A stretch of DNA of 64,000 nt, from the IMG/VR virus record IMGVR_UViG_3300005841_000032, positions 46,428 through 110,427 of that record; one strand, 5' to 3'. The translations under genes were made by a program, and so were the position numbers. This document shows positions 20,433 through 30,319 of the stretch, piece by piece. The notes under the pieces were generated by a model. It did not search any database and had not been told where the DNA came from. It saw only the letters and a list, made by a program, of their open reading frames with translations. The stretch comes from a virus. Every line of letters starts with the position of its first letter. Within the stretch, counting starts at the first letter, position 1.

Positions 20433-21941
20433 CTAAGCTGCAACGAAAGGTCCAATGTTAATATAGCGAACCATCTTCTTCTGAGCCACCAATACAGGAG
20501 TTCCCCATTGGTAAACCATGAAATTATTTGCTGGCCCGGTAATGCCAAAATCTAGACGACTGATAGGCCCCAGTTGCTTAAAATAGTTGACCTCTTCTTG
20601 CATAGCTTCAATGAAACCATTTTCAGTATCTGGTAAGAACCTATTACGATCCCTAACTACTCCTGCTGCTGCTCCATCATAACCTTGTGTCAATTGAGCC
20701 GCACTTACTTTGAAGATAGGATAAAATTCTACCTGACTTGTAGCTGCATTTGTTACAGTCGAGATCTTCGAACGATACACTACATAATGGCTAGGAGTAA
20801 ATGTACCCGCGCCCGCTGTCCAGCTTAAATCTACCGATTGACCTGCTGTCAATGTCACTTTATTAGTATCTCCACCTAAAATTCTAACTGGGCTTTCACC
20901 ATATTGATTTGCTGCTGATACTCCATAGAACACTGTTCCAAGTGCGCCCGTATGAGCTTCACCTGCTGCAAAACGAGACTTGCCATCTGTGCCAGTCAAT
21001 GCTGCGCTTACTGAAACTGGAGTTGCAGGAGCCTTACCGCTAGTTGCCGAATCTGTTGCCAGACGGAAACCGGGAGTCTTCATAAACAAATCTTGTTTCA
21101 ATGCTACTTCACCGAAAGTAGTATCAACTGCTTTAGGATTGCTACCAGCTACGCCACGATAACCACTTGATCCTAAAAGAATCCTTTGACGCTCATAGTA
21201 ATCTTTTGCAAAACCTGCAAGTACTGTAGGGGGAGCATAGAAAGTATCTACTGTCCCGAATGCTGCATAAATGTTCTGTGAACCATCTTCAAAATCTTGT
21301 TGACGAATACTTGCGCCACGAAGGTCAATTACTGCTGGGCTATCTTGCCATGCATCCAAAGTAGGATACAAATCTCCTGAGCTTGCACCAATGCGGGCGT
21401 GTTGAGCAAACAAGCTATTGAATTCAAGTGAATTCATGTTGCTGTCTGCTTTAGTCAATGAGTTAGCAGTCTTGCGAACAACCCACATTGTTTTGTTCTT
21501 TACTTCTTGTGCCATTGCATCGACATAAGAACGAACTTTTTGAGCTTGAAGAGTTACGCTACCCATGATCTGGATATACTTAACCAATTCAGCTCTACGT
21601 CTGTAAACAGAATCTTCAAGGTCAGGCGTTTCACCCTCTGCATAAAATCCGCCACGATCGAAACCATACGATTCAAGCTGAATATATTCTTCAACTGTGT
21701 TCATTGCATCCAGTTTAGGAATATCATAGTACAGTTTTACCTGTTCCATTTTGAAATCTAAAAGACGCAATGTCTTTTCAAGAGATTCTACTTTAAGCGG
21801 CTCTTGTGTTAAAGCAAGATCATTGGTATCACGACCTGTGATATTGCCAGCTTGCATAGCTTTAATAAGTTCACTCACTTCCGATTGACTAGCGAATGCA
21901 CCGCCCAATTCTGTTTCTTGATAATGATTAAGTTCGACCAT
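20433..21941 (-). CDS. Major capsid protein
   Basis: PLKVESLEKTL, NTVEEY, FYAEGETP motifs resembling SPO1/Twort-type capsids; strong codon bias; follows protease and scaffold. Confidence 0.9.
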   Translation of the reverse strand: MVELNHYQETELGGAFASQSEVSELIKAMQAGNITGRDTNDLALTQEPLKVESLEKTLRLLDFKMEQVKLYYDIPKLDAMNTVEEYIQLESYGFDRGGFYAEGETPDLEDSVYRRRAELVKYIQIMGSVTLQAQKVRSYVDAMAQEVKNKTMWVVRKTANSLTKADSNMNSLEFNSLFAQHARIGASSGDLYPTLDAWQDSPAVIDLRGASIRQQDFEDGSQNIYAAFGTVDTFYAPPTVLAGFAKDYYERQRILLGSSGYRGVAGSNPKAVDTTFGEVALKQDLFMKTPGFRLATDSATSGKAPATPVSVSAALTGTDGKSRFAAGEAHTGALGTVFYGVSAANQYGESPVRILGGDTNKVTLTAGQSVDLSWTAGAGTFTPSHYVVYRSKISTVTNAATSQVEFYPIFKVSAAQLTQGYDGAAAGVVRDRNRFLPDTENGFIEAMQEEVNYFKQLGPISRLDFGITGPANNFMVYQWGTPVLVAQKKMVRYINIGPFVAA

Positions 21942-21974
21942 GTTTATTATTCAGCTTAAAAAATTCTTTATTGA

Positions 21975-22694
21975 TTACTTAGTTAAAACAATTTTATGAT
22001 TATCCTTCAAAAATCTCTGAATACGTGCGCTAGTTTCAGTATCAGGAATTGATTGCAATTCAACATACGTTACAGCCTTCTTGAAGAAATTATCTACAAT
22101 TCCTTTTTCTTTATCTTCCAATGCTTTTTCTAAAAGAAGTTCAGCTACTTGTGAACGATCATTTTTATTAGAAAGACTCATTACAGTTTCATTCTTTTTA
22201 CTTTTATCAGAATTGTCTCCACCTTTTTCAAGGAAATTTGTAGTAGTTACTGACTTACGCTCACCCATGGGCTGCTTTTCAAGTATGCCTACTTTCTTGC
22301 CCAAAACTGTATTAAATTCTTCTGCCTTTTCAAGTTTCTCAGACAATTTGTCAATTACTTCATCTTTTGATTTAATGAGAGTGCCAAGAGCTTCAAATTT
22401 TTCATTGAACTTGTCTACGATTGATTTTTCTAGCGCATCAGTATTAAATGGCTTTACCTCTTCTGATTTTACAATTTCTTTTACAGTAGTATCGCCTTCC
22501 ATTTTTGCTTTTAGCTCTTGAGCTTTTTGCAAAACATCTGCGTATTCTTTTTCAATAGTTGCTTTAGCTTCTTCTGCTTTTTTCAATTCATCTTGTTTTG
22601 CTTTTTCTTCGACCGTTGGTTCAAATGCCTTCTTCAAGCCAAGTGCTATTTCCGCTTTCTCAATTGCCTCTTTAGAAACTTTAGTAACTTCCAT
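21975..22694 (-). CDS. Scaffold protein
   Basis: Lys/Glu coiled coil with many (I/L)xK(A/S/G) sites, between protease and capsid. Confidence 0.7.
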   Translation of the reverse strand: MEVTKVSKEAIEKAEIALGLKKAFEPTVEEKAKQDELKKAEEAKATIEKEYADVLQKAQELKAKMEGDTTVKEIVKSEEVKPFNTDALEKSIVDKFNEKFEALGTLIKSKDEVIDKLSEKLEKAEEFNTVLGKKVGILEKQPMGERKSVTTTNFLEKGGDNSDKSKKNETVMSLSNKNDRSQVAELLLEKALEDKEKGIVDNFFKKAVTYVELQSIPDTETSARIQRFLKDNHKIVLTK

Positions 22695-22772
22695 GAAAAA
22701 ATTTTTATTTCTTTAATTTTAAAAATACTACTTTTTTATTATGTTTTCCCTTAATCAAAATTTTGCTAAATG

Positions 22773-24074
22773 TTACTTTGAAATAAATTCATTCAATTGA
22801 TCATTTGTCATTGCTGCTCTTTTTTTATCAGCTTCCCATCTATTGCAACAAGCATTTGGATGAATTTTATTGGGAGTATCTCCATCACTATCCTTATCAA
22901 CTTTTAAACATGACATTTTATCAATAATAAAATATTCACATCTCTTACATGAAAAGCCAGTATTATTTTCATTATACCCCGCTTCTTGTTTAGACACTAT
23001 TCCAAGCCAAGGTATTATAGGAGTATTTTCTCCCTTAGGGTCCATATGCATCCAAAATCCACAAGATCCAAATGGCTTTATACTTTCAGAAGCCCCCAAC
23101 ACAGCACATTTATTTGATTTGTTTTTACTAAAGACGCATTTATCGCACGTATACTGCGTTTCTGGCCTAAACATATATAAAGCAGCTTCCTTAGGGATTA
23201 GATTGGTCTTTTTTTTTACTATTTCAGTATCGCCTAAACCTTTTTCAATCTTATTAATTATACTCCATGTATTCTTGCATGACTCTTCGTCCATGCCATA
23301 AGTATCAATTAAATATGTAAGAACTTCTGCTTTGCTAAGCTCTTCTGATTCTATAGGTGTATCTTTCTTCTTTTTTTTCTTTTTGCCTTCTAACGAACCT
23401 TCTTTTAATGATTCTTGAGTTAGCGGTTTATCTATTGTTTCTGTTCCGGTTATGTTTCCGGCTGCCATTGCTTTTTCGATATTTAATTCCTTGTCAACCG
23501 TAGTACGTTCACCATTTTCATTTACGGTATCGATAATAAAATCACTACCGATTTCCGTTTCATATTCAGGAGATTCACCTTTAGTAATTATTACACTAGT
23601 GCCCTTGCATTTTGGATGAGGAGCGATAGCTAATCCATGAATTGTACTTTTTTTAATTCTCCTCTTGTCTTTCGGGTCACGCAATAAACCTTCACCCTCT
23701 ATAGAGTACCCTAACTTTCTGCTAGAAGAACTTTTAGATAATGTTTTTGTTAAATCAAATACCTTCTTTGCCATTTCTGATCCAGAATATAATTTTGATT
23801 TAACCATTAGTTTACCATCTTTTTTTTCAAATGAAAGCGGTTCACCTATAATCATTGATGGGTCTTTGTGCCCCAAATGGTTCCAGTTAACGAAGCCGCG
23901 GTGCATTAACTTAGTTAAGTCCATCCCATCAACTTCCAAAATATCTCCATCTAAATCGGCTCCCGTAGTTTCATCACTTACTACTCCGCCTACGATCATT
24001 ACTTCGTCACCATTTTCATCCGTAGACTTTTCAAGAATATCAAAGGGTACGAAATAGGAAAATTTATCATTCAT
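22773..24074 (-). CDS. Prohead protease with C-terminal Cys-rich (HiPIP-like) repeats (start revised to 24074)
   Basis: DLDGD, GFVNWNH, IIGEP, LGYSIEG protease motifs; two CxxC...C...C-x2-W units at the C-terminus. Confidence 0.85.
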   Translation of the reverse strand: MNDKFSYFVPFDILEKSTDENGDEVMIVGGVVSDETTGADLDGDILEVDGMDLTKLMHRGFVNWNHLGHKDPSMIIGEPLSFEKKDGKLMVKSKLYSGSEMAKKVFDLTKTLSKSSSSRKLGYSIEGEGLLRDPKDKRRIKKSTIHGLAIAPHPKCKGTSVIITKGESPEYETEIGSDFIIDTVNENGERTTVDKELNIEKAMAAGNITGTETIDKPLTQESLKEGSLEGKKKKKKKDTPIESEELSKAEVLTYLIDTYGMDEESCKNTWSIINKIEKGLGDTEIVKKKTNLIPKEAALYMFRPETQYTCDKCVFSKNKSNKCAVLGASESIKPFGSCGFWMHMDPKGENTPIIPWLGIVSKQEAGYNENNTGFSCKRCEYFIIDKMSCLKVDKDSDGDTPNKIHPNACCNRWEADKKRAAMTNDQLNEFISK

Positions 24075-25128
24075 AATAACTCCATTTAAATTTTTTACAT
24101 AAGCCATCTCTTCTAATTGAATTTCCAATCGCAGATGGCGAAACATCAAATTTCTTAGCTGCTGAACTCAATGATTTAAATACCTCAATTATTTCAAATG
24201 TTTTAGGATTTAATTGAGCTACTGATTTCTCAAAGTGAGGTGCGGGTATGGACTTGCCTTTATTCCAAACAGACTTATCGGCATTCAATGTTACCAATTT
24301 GAACAATAACTCTTCGCTAAAATCTTTTTCTCTAATCCAAATGCTCTTATTACAACTGTTAGTTTTGCCCCTTGCATTGTTATTAATAGCTACCGGATCA
24401 ATGCTATAAAATTTTCCTGCTAATAGAGATGAATCAAATTCGTTTATTTTATTCCCCTTCAAATCAAATTCGAATAGCTTGTAGCCCTTTTTCTTTGCAA
24501 GAATAATTTGTCTTAGTTTTTCTTTTGTTTCATCAGACTGCTTTTTACCTAAATGACTTTGTCTATTTCTTTCAATTTGGTCAGGCGTACACTTTTTACC
24601 AAGCATGCCGCTAGGTTTCCCTAAATGCTTGATTCTATTTTTTTCTTTTGCTTCGTCAGTATGCTTGCCTTTAAATCCAGTTGACCAAGTGCCATTTTTT
24701 AATTTAGTCGCTAAACTCTTTTCTATTGACTCTTTAGGCATTTTATAGCCAGCGCTAGTTTCGCCTCCATTAGTGAGATTAGTTAGCGGCCCCCTTTTTA
24801 AATCTGCTCGGCCAATAACTTTTACTAAATATTTTTCACTCTGGTTAGCAACGTTATTTGATAATCCATTATTCAACTGAATAATTATAGGCTCCAAACC
24901 TTCATTAATAATTGCCCTTATGGTATTTTGTTTGTGACTATTTTTTTTATAAGTTTCGCTAAATGATTCCCATAGATGAGCCGTTTTTCTATCACCCTCT
25001 CCACGACCAACATAAAAAGGTTGCGCTGGAAGAATAATATCTATTCCGGGAATTTTATATAGAATCCTTTTTCTAGGATCGCAGTAGACGTAATTGTAAA
25101 ATCGATTAGACGTGTTAACTAAGTTCAC
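24067..25128 (-). CDS. GIY-YIG (LEM-3-like) homing endonuclease (start revised to GTG 25128)
   Basis: YVYCDPR...PFYVGRG.GDR...H, GPLTNLTNGGE, NUMOD3 and NUMOD1 repeats. Confidence 0.85.
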   Translation of the reverse strand: MNLVNTSNRFYNYVYCDPRKRILYKIPGIDIILPAQPFYVGRGEGDRKTAHLWESFSETYKKNSHKQNTIRAIINEGLEPIIIQLNNGLSNNVANQSEKYLVKVIGRADLKRGPLTNLTNGGETSAGYKMPKESIEKSLATKLKNGTWSTGFKGKHTDEAKEKNRIKHLGKPSGMLGKKCTPDQIERNRQSHLGKKQSDETKEKLRQIILAKKKGYKLFEFDLKGNKINEFDSSLLAGKFYSIDPVAINNNARGKTNSCNKSIWIREKDFSEELLFKLVTLNADKSVWNKGKSIPAPHFEKSVAQLNPKTFEIIEVFKSLSSAAKKFDVSPSAIGNSIRRDGLCKKFKWSYYE

Positions 25129-25158
25129 GTCCTTAAAAATACGAAAGTCTATAAAAAC

Positions 25159-25189
25159 AAAAACCCCTTGCCTATTTCTAAGCAAGGGG
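25159..25189 (-). terminator. Rho-independent terminator
   Basis: CCCCTTGC...GCAAGGGG stem followed by T tract. Confidence 0.75.
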
Positions 25190-25222
25190 CCGCAACTCCT
25201 TTTCAGTTTCTATTTTACATTT

Positions 25223-25408
25223 TTACCAGCCGCTGTTTTCTTTGTTCATTTCGTTCACTTCCATTCGCAAACGTTCAAGATTTGCTGTGATTGTTTCAGG
25301 AATGTAATTCTTAAACATTGCGTCCCAAATAGCATACAATGTGTCGCTGTCACCTTTATCTTTATAAATACTAACTTTGAATCTTTTCATGATTATCGTT
25401 TGTTTCAT
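25223..25408 (-). CDS. Hypothetical protein
   Basis: 61 aa with its own bipartite promoter and terminator. Confidence 0.55.
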   Translation of the reverse strand: MKQTIIMKRFKVSIYKDKGDSDTLYAIWDAMFKNYIPETITANLERLRMEVNEMNKENSGW

Positions 25409-25414
25409 ACCTCC

Positions 25415-25443
25415 AATAACGACAAAAGTTGCCGCTTGGACAA
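25415..25443 (-). promoter_or_regulatory. Bipartite promoter-like motif TTGTCC-N16-CGTTATT (copy 1)
   Basis: Identical boxes and spacing at 46038-46066; both lie 6 nt before an ATG. Confidence 0.6.
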
Positions 25444-25499
25444 CTTTTTAAAAGAAATTTTTAAAATATTTTTTGCTAAAAAATTTAGCAATATCATTA

Positions 25500-25746
25500 G
25501 TCTACTGTTTGTTTTTCTTCTTTTTTTCTTAGATTTTTCTTTTTTTTCCTCATTAACATTTCTACGCTCTAATTCACGCTTTGCCGACCCCCCCTTATAT
25601 GTTGATCTGGATGCAACTTAGTAACTTTTTTAAGCGATTCCTGAGAAGTGTTTTCAGCATGAGTTATAAGATCGGGAATCTTGTAAATATAATTTATCTT
25701 TTCGTTTTTACCTTGTTCTTTTTTAATATCCTTGGCTTTTTATAAA
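25500..25746 (-). pseudogene. Frameshifted coding remnant, probable C-terminal extension of the Nudix protein
   Basis: Joining frames across homopolymers gives KAKDIKKEQGKNEKINYIYKIPDLITHAENTSQESLKK/VTKLHPDQHIR/SAKRELERRNVNEEKK. Confidence 0.5.
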
Positions 25747-26784
25747 TCAAAAAAAACCTTCTGCCTTTTGAATAGTAGGAACTGAATCTATATTTAATTC
25801 AGGAAACTCCATTGCGATCAAATGATCTTTTAAATCAAAGAATAAATCAGCATCCATCCATTCATCTGATTTCATCCATTTAGCATTCTGGCTTTCACCG
25901 TCAAGTATTGCTACTTCACCTTGTGGATAAGCAGATAAATAAAATGCCCACTTTTTATCATCGCATTTAGCTTTACCTATGATCCACATTGATGATGGAT
26001 CGCATTCTAAATTTGCTTCTTCTTTAAGTTCTCTTGCGGCTGCTTGGTTAATACTTTCGCCTTCGTCGATATGACCTCCCGGTAAACACCATTGATTAGG
26101 TGCAACATCTTTTGCACTTGCTCTTTGAAGGAAAAGAATTTTTCCATCTTTCTTTACAATTACATTTGCATAATGTCCTTCAAAAGTAACGGCTTTTTCT
26201 ATTGTTTCTTCCACAATAGGTTCAGCTTCGCTTTTTTTTTGCTCTATCTGTTTTTTTTCAAATAGATCACTATCCGCTTTAACAATTAAATCAATAGATG
26301 TCACGATAGCACGAAGTTGATTTGTTACCTCTTCACCTTTAATTAAGCTCGTTTCTTGCCACGTTGACATTATATCTCCAATAGCCCTTTGTTCTTCTTC
26401 TGAAAGCAATGAAGTTAATTCAATAGATTTGCTTAATATTTCAGCTTCTAAATTATCTTTTTGATCTTGTTTATGATTTATTTTATCAGTTAGTTCTTTT
26501 GCTTTTCCTAAGAAATCATTAGTGATTCTATCTAATCTATCACTTAATGATTTCTTATTATAACTGCCTTCACTAGAACCTTTTTCAATCAATTTTTCAC
26601 AAGCTTGAATTTTTAATTCAAAATCATTTGAAACTGAATCAAATTCTACTTGAGCCTTTTTTAACTCTGATCTTAATTCAACCAATTCTCCGTCTACTTT
26701 TTCAAAAGTATCTATTGACTGTTCGTCTTCAAGAACAATACTCTTAATACCAGCCCACTCTCTTATTTTATTTAAAAAACTCAT
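25747..26784 (-). CDS. Coiled-coil plus Nudix hydrolase
   Basis: Nudix box GGHIDEGESINQAAARELKEEANL. Confidence 0.88.
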   Translation of the reverse strand: MSFLNKIREWAGIKSIVLEDEQSIDTFEKVDGELVELRSELKKAQVEFDSVSNDFELKIQACEKLIEKGSSEGSYNKKSLSDRLDRITNDFLGKAKELTDKINHKQDQKDNLEAEILSKSIELTSLLSEEEQRAIGDIMSTWQETSLIKGEEVTNQLRAIVTSIDLIVKADSDLFEKKQIEQKKSEAEPIVEETIEKAVTFEGHYANVIVKKDGKILFLQRASAKDVAPNQWCLPGGHIDEGESINQAAARELKEEANLECDPSSMWIIGKAKCDDKKWAFYLSAYPQGEVAILDGESQNAKWMKSDEWMDADLFFDLKDHLIAMEFPELNIDSVPTIQKAEGFF

Positions 26785-27116
26785 TAAGTTCTTGGATAAA
26801 CACCACTAGTCATATGTTGCGAAGAATCTGATTGTGCACCATCATGTATAATAAAAAATGTCTGATCACAAGCGCTAATTATACTCAAAGGATATGGAAC
26901 GCGCCCCTTGGCCACAGACATATTTGCAAACGCATTGCCGTGCTTGTCTTTGCCACTAATTATCGCATCTGCATTTACATGAATTTTAAAGTAAGCCAAT
27001 TCATATCCTAGAGATGCACTTACCTGCTTGTTTGCATTAACTATTCCCGGTTCAATATAACTACCATCAGGAATAATTACACTATCATTAGCTCTTTTTG
27101 GCTGTAAACTTTTCAT
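26784..27116 (-). CDS. Hypothetical protein, possible virion component
   Basis: In a late-promoter operon upstream of the head genes. Confidence 0.45.
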   Translation of the reverse strand: MKSLQPKRANDSVIIPDGSYIEPGIVNANKQVSASLGYELAYFKIHVNADAIISGKDKHGNAFANMSVAKGRVPYPLSIISACDQTFFIIHDGAQSDSSQHMTSGVYPRT

Positions 27117-27119
27117 TGA

Positions 27120-27320
27120 TTAAGAAGTAGTTACTGTTTTCCAAGATGTATTTTCTTTTACTTTCAATTTGTTAGTTGTAGTGTTATAATAAATAGATGC
27201 AGCATTAGCAACCCCATTTGCAACGGCTGCATCCGCTGCCGCATCGCTAGCAAATTTAGGAATTTCAAGCAGTTGCCCCTTAGTTGTTTGTGCTGATTTT
27301 TGTTTAGCAGAAGATTTCAT
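27120..27320 (-). CDS. Small putative capsid decoration/fibre protein
   Basis: IYYNTTTNKLKV...W motif of trimeric fibre/decoration proteins; late-promoter motif upstream. Confidence 0.5.
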   Translation of the reverse strand: MKSSAKQKSAQTTKGQLLEIPKFASDAAADAAVANGVANAASIYYNTTTNKLKVKENTSWKTVTTS

Positions 27321-27349
27321 TTTGATAGTTTAATTATCTTTAAAAATAC

Positions 27350-28069
27350 TTAAATCATTTCGTATTTACTTGGATTTGGATATAACTCATTTAATACATT
27401 AAGCATCTTAAATCCTATTGCCCCATTCCCCATTGAAAATACCTTCCTGTCTTTTATAATTTCTTTGATCTCTGTTTCTGTAATCTGACTATTTATTTTA
27501 CAATCAGGCTCTCTTACGCCCTCTATTTTTAATGAATTTGCGTACATGGACTTAACGACATAACTCACTTTTTGATCCCAGTCATACTTTGTCATTACAT
27601 CTATAAATTTTTTTTTATTATAAATAATAGGCATGTGTATATCAAAACTTTTCGTTTCTAATCCAAGAGAACTAAGGGTTCTATAAGCATTGTCAACCGC
27701 TTTCTTGTATCTATTTCCCGGTTTCATCATTTTAGATGAGTCTCGTAAATTACTTTTCCAAAAATACGGAAAATCGCCTGCAATAAAGTCTTGTAATATA
27801 AAATGGTCATCATTAAAAAATAAAAAGTCATCTGATATTTCTTTTTCCTGACAAGCTCTTAAAATCTTTCTGTAAATATTAGTTTCCTTACAAGGATGTT
27901 CATCTTTAAATTCTATATGTCTGACATTTTGTAAAAATGGTGGACGATAACCTACTATCCAAATGTTACCATAATTAGATAGATGTTTTTCTATAGAACG
28001 AAGCGAATATTTAATTTCTAAATCATTCCATAGCGAACCCCTGCCCAGTGTACAAATCAGATCAATCAT
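27350..28069 (-). CDS. Stealth-like sugar-phosphate transferase
   Basis: EIKYSLRSIEKH...IWIVG and ISDDFLFFNDDHF motifs. Confidence 0.7.
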   Translation of the reverse strand: MIDLICTLGRGSLWNDLEIKYSLRSIEKHLSNYGNIWIVGYRPPFLQNVRHIEFKDEHPCKETNIYRKILRACQEKEISDDFLFFNDDHFILQDFIAGDFPYFWKSNLRDSSKMMKPGNRYKKAVDNAYRTLSSLGLETKSFDIHMPIIYNKKKFIDVMTKYDWDQKVSYVVKSMYANSLKIEGVREPDCKINSQITETEIKEIIKDRKVFSMGNGAIGFKMLNVLNELYPNPSKYEMI

Positions 28070-28093
28070 TTAACTGTGAAATTTAATTTCAAT

Positions 28094-28121
28094 AAAACAG
28101 CCCGATATTTCTATCGGGCTG
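28094..28121 (-). terminator. Rho-independent terminator
   Basis: CAGCCCGATA...TATCGGGCTG stem followed by TTTT. Confidence 0.8.
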
Positions 28122-28152
28122 GAAAACAGAAAGAAAACAGAGAAAACACTAA

Positions 28153-28458
28153 TTAGCTACCGGAACCCATATCTACTAAAAGAATGGAGTCTTGTCCGGA
28201 AGTATCAATACTTGTTAAATTAAAACCATAATGAGTGGCCAAATCGACCATTTCATCTAAATTATAAGGACCGCCGCCTATTTTGCGGTAACGCTGAAAT
28301 GTAGCCATTACCTGTTCAGCGTGTGTATTGTGAACGTCTTGTGGGTCCAATCCAAAAACTTGATATATTGTAAAATTCTTATTGTTGTGACTAGCTAAAT
28401 CAGTTCTAAATGTTACACGAAATGAACCTGAATCGTTAGAAAAAATTAAGTCTCTCAT
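28153..28458 (-). CDS. Hypothetical protein, probably highly expressed late gene
   Basis: Own late-promoter motif and terminator. Confidence 0.5.
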   Translation of the reverse strand: MRDLIFSNDSGSFRVTFRTDLASHNNKNFTIYQVFGLDPQDVHNTHAEQVMATFQRYRKIGGGPYNLDEMVDLATHYGFNLTSIDTSGQDSILLVDMGSGS

Positions 28459-28518
28459 TGAGTTTTATTTGTACCAATTTTAAAAATACGCAATTTACTT
28501 TTACTATTTCACTAATTT

Positions 28519-29175
28519 TTATTCATGTTTATGAACTATTAGATAATCTTTTTCTATATCCAAATATTCAGGACAAGATATATCTAAATTATGTTTTTCG
28601 CCAATATAAGTAAACATCGCTTGATCGAAATTCATAAACTCAAGCACTTTAAGCCACCAATCATTAAAAGCTTCGTTTACTTTTTTATTATTTCTTCTAG
28701 CAAAAAATCTGGTTATGAATAATACATGATTTTCAGTAATGTGACTATTCTTATAAAACGTCATTTCTTCTTCTATCGGCTCATTGCCATATCTTTTTAT
28801 AAGATACTCCGCCCCTTTCTCTATATTCGTTTTAATATATTCAAGCTCATCATATACATTACTTCGTTCATAATGATCTGAAATTACTATATCGTTTCCG
28901 GTTAACAATTCCACCATCTTGCTCACAAACTTATCGTTTACTATTTCAACACTAGAGTCTACCCAAACATAAATATCGTAATCAGGCAAAAACCTGTGAG
29001 TCATTATTTTTACATACTTGCTTTTAAGCCTAGCATTCAAATTGGGCAAAGGGAATGGAAGGCTACTATCGTGAAATTTATAAAAGTCACAAATATAATC
29101 TTGATCTTCCCAATGACGATCTTTTTCAAAATTTCCTACATTCGCTGTTACAAGCGCAACCCGTAATTTTTTCAA
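28519..29175 (-). CDS. DUF616/TOD1-MUCI70-like glycosyltransferase
   Basis: KYVKIMTHRFLPDYDIYVWVDS, HYERSNVYDE, FDQAMFTY. Confidence 0.75.
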   Translation of the reverse strand: MKKLRVALVTANVGNFEKDRHWEDQDYICDFYKFHDSSLPFPLPNLNARLKSKYVKIMTHRFLPDYDIYVWVDSSVEIVNDKFVSKMVELLTGNDIVISDHYERSNVYDELEYIKTNIEKGAEYLIKRYGNEPIEEEMTFYKNSHITENHVLFITRFFARRNNKKVNEAFNDWWLKVLEFMNFDQAMFTYIGEKHNLDISCPEYLDIEKDYLIVHKHE

Positions 29176-29723
29176 AGCAAGTGTGATTTGTCTTTATAGT
29201 CGTTTGGCATTCCCATGCGATACAAATGCAGACAATAAATTGCATCCATCCTTAAAATCTTTCTTCCCGACTGCAATATTCTATCTGAATACTCATTATC
29301 AACACCTAAACATTTCCCATCTTCATTGAATTTTATTTCATTCCATGTTTTCTTACTAATCAACATAATAAATCCAGAAATATGCTTATGTAATTCAGTA
29401 ACATTTGTCCCACAAGTATCAATAAATTGTTTAGCTCTTTTTATATGTTCTTTAATATTAACTTCCTCAAACATTGTTAAATCAACTTGCTGTTTTGCTC
29501 CCGGATGCAATCTATTAACCCAACAAGTAAATATTCCCGTATCTGGGTATTTGACTATATATTCATACATTCTTTTAATCGCATCATGAGTAAGAAGCAT
29601 TGTGTCCCAATCCATTAAGCAAACCCAATCTTCTTCATCTATATTTTTAAAAACATCATTATATGATTTGCCTAAATTCTTTGCAGGAGTTGGATCATAT
29701 GGATGAATTGCATAAATTCTCAT
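29172..29723 (-). CDS. GT-A fold glycosyltransferase
   Basis: WVCLMDWD (DxD), ISGFIMLISKKTW, GVDNEY. Confidence 0.75.
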   Translation of the reverse strand: MRIYAIHPYDPTPAKNLGKSYNDVFKNIDEEDWVCLMDWDTMLLTHDAIKRMYEYIVKYPDTGIFTCWVNRLHPGAKQQVDLTMFEEVNIKEHIKRAKQFIDTCGTNVTELHKHISGFIMLISKKTWNEIKFNEDGKCLGVDNEYSDRILQSGRKILRMDAIYCLHLYRMGMPNDYKDKSHLL

Positions 29724-30319
29724 TTATGCAATTGTTTAAAATAATCAACAGATACAAGATTAAGCCACTCTCTTCTATTCTTATCTAAATTTTCATAAGT
29801 CAATTCTTCTTTTCTATTTATTGGAATCTGTTTTCCTTTTCGTATCACACAGCATCCCCAATCAGTATCTACCGTATACATTCTTAAATCACTTCTTGCC
29901 CTCAATTCTACAATAGTTTTCCAAACATCACCGGTCCACTGCTTACTTTCTCTCGGTACACGTTGAACTAATTCACTTGTTGGATTACAATCATGAACAA
30001 CAATAAAGCCATTGTCTGAAATATTTTTAAATGAATTATTAATATCTTTTTCAACTTGTTCTTTTTCATGTAGTCCGTCTATAAACCAAATATCTATTTT
30101 ATTTGAATTATAAACAGGATTATTAAATAGCCCAAAAGTAAAAAAGTCATCAGAAGTTAAATGAATATCAGCATCTGAATTTAAGTCTGGATCAACTGAC
30201 AATTTATATTCGCATCGTATTTTATCAAAGTTGTTTTTCTTAAATTGAGTTCCAATTTCAATATATGACTTCAAATCGTATCTATCTATTAGCAATTGAA
30301 TTATTTCAGTTCTTGTCAT
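29720..30319 (-). CDS. Class I SAM methyltransferase (Methyltransf_24-like)
   Basis: YIEIG, FIDGLH, GFIVVHDCNP. Confidence 0.85.
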   Translation of the reverse strand: MTRTEIIQLLIDRYDLKSYIEIGTQFKKNNFDKIRCEYKLSVDPDLNSDADIHLTSDDFFTFGLFNNPVYNSNKIDIWFIDGLHEKEQVEKDINNSFKNISDNGFIVVHDCNPTSELVQRVPRESKQWTGDVWKTIVELRARSDLRMYTVDTDWGCCVIRKGKQIPINRKEELTYENLDKNRREWLNLVSVDYFKQLHK

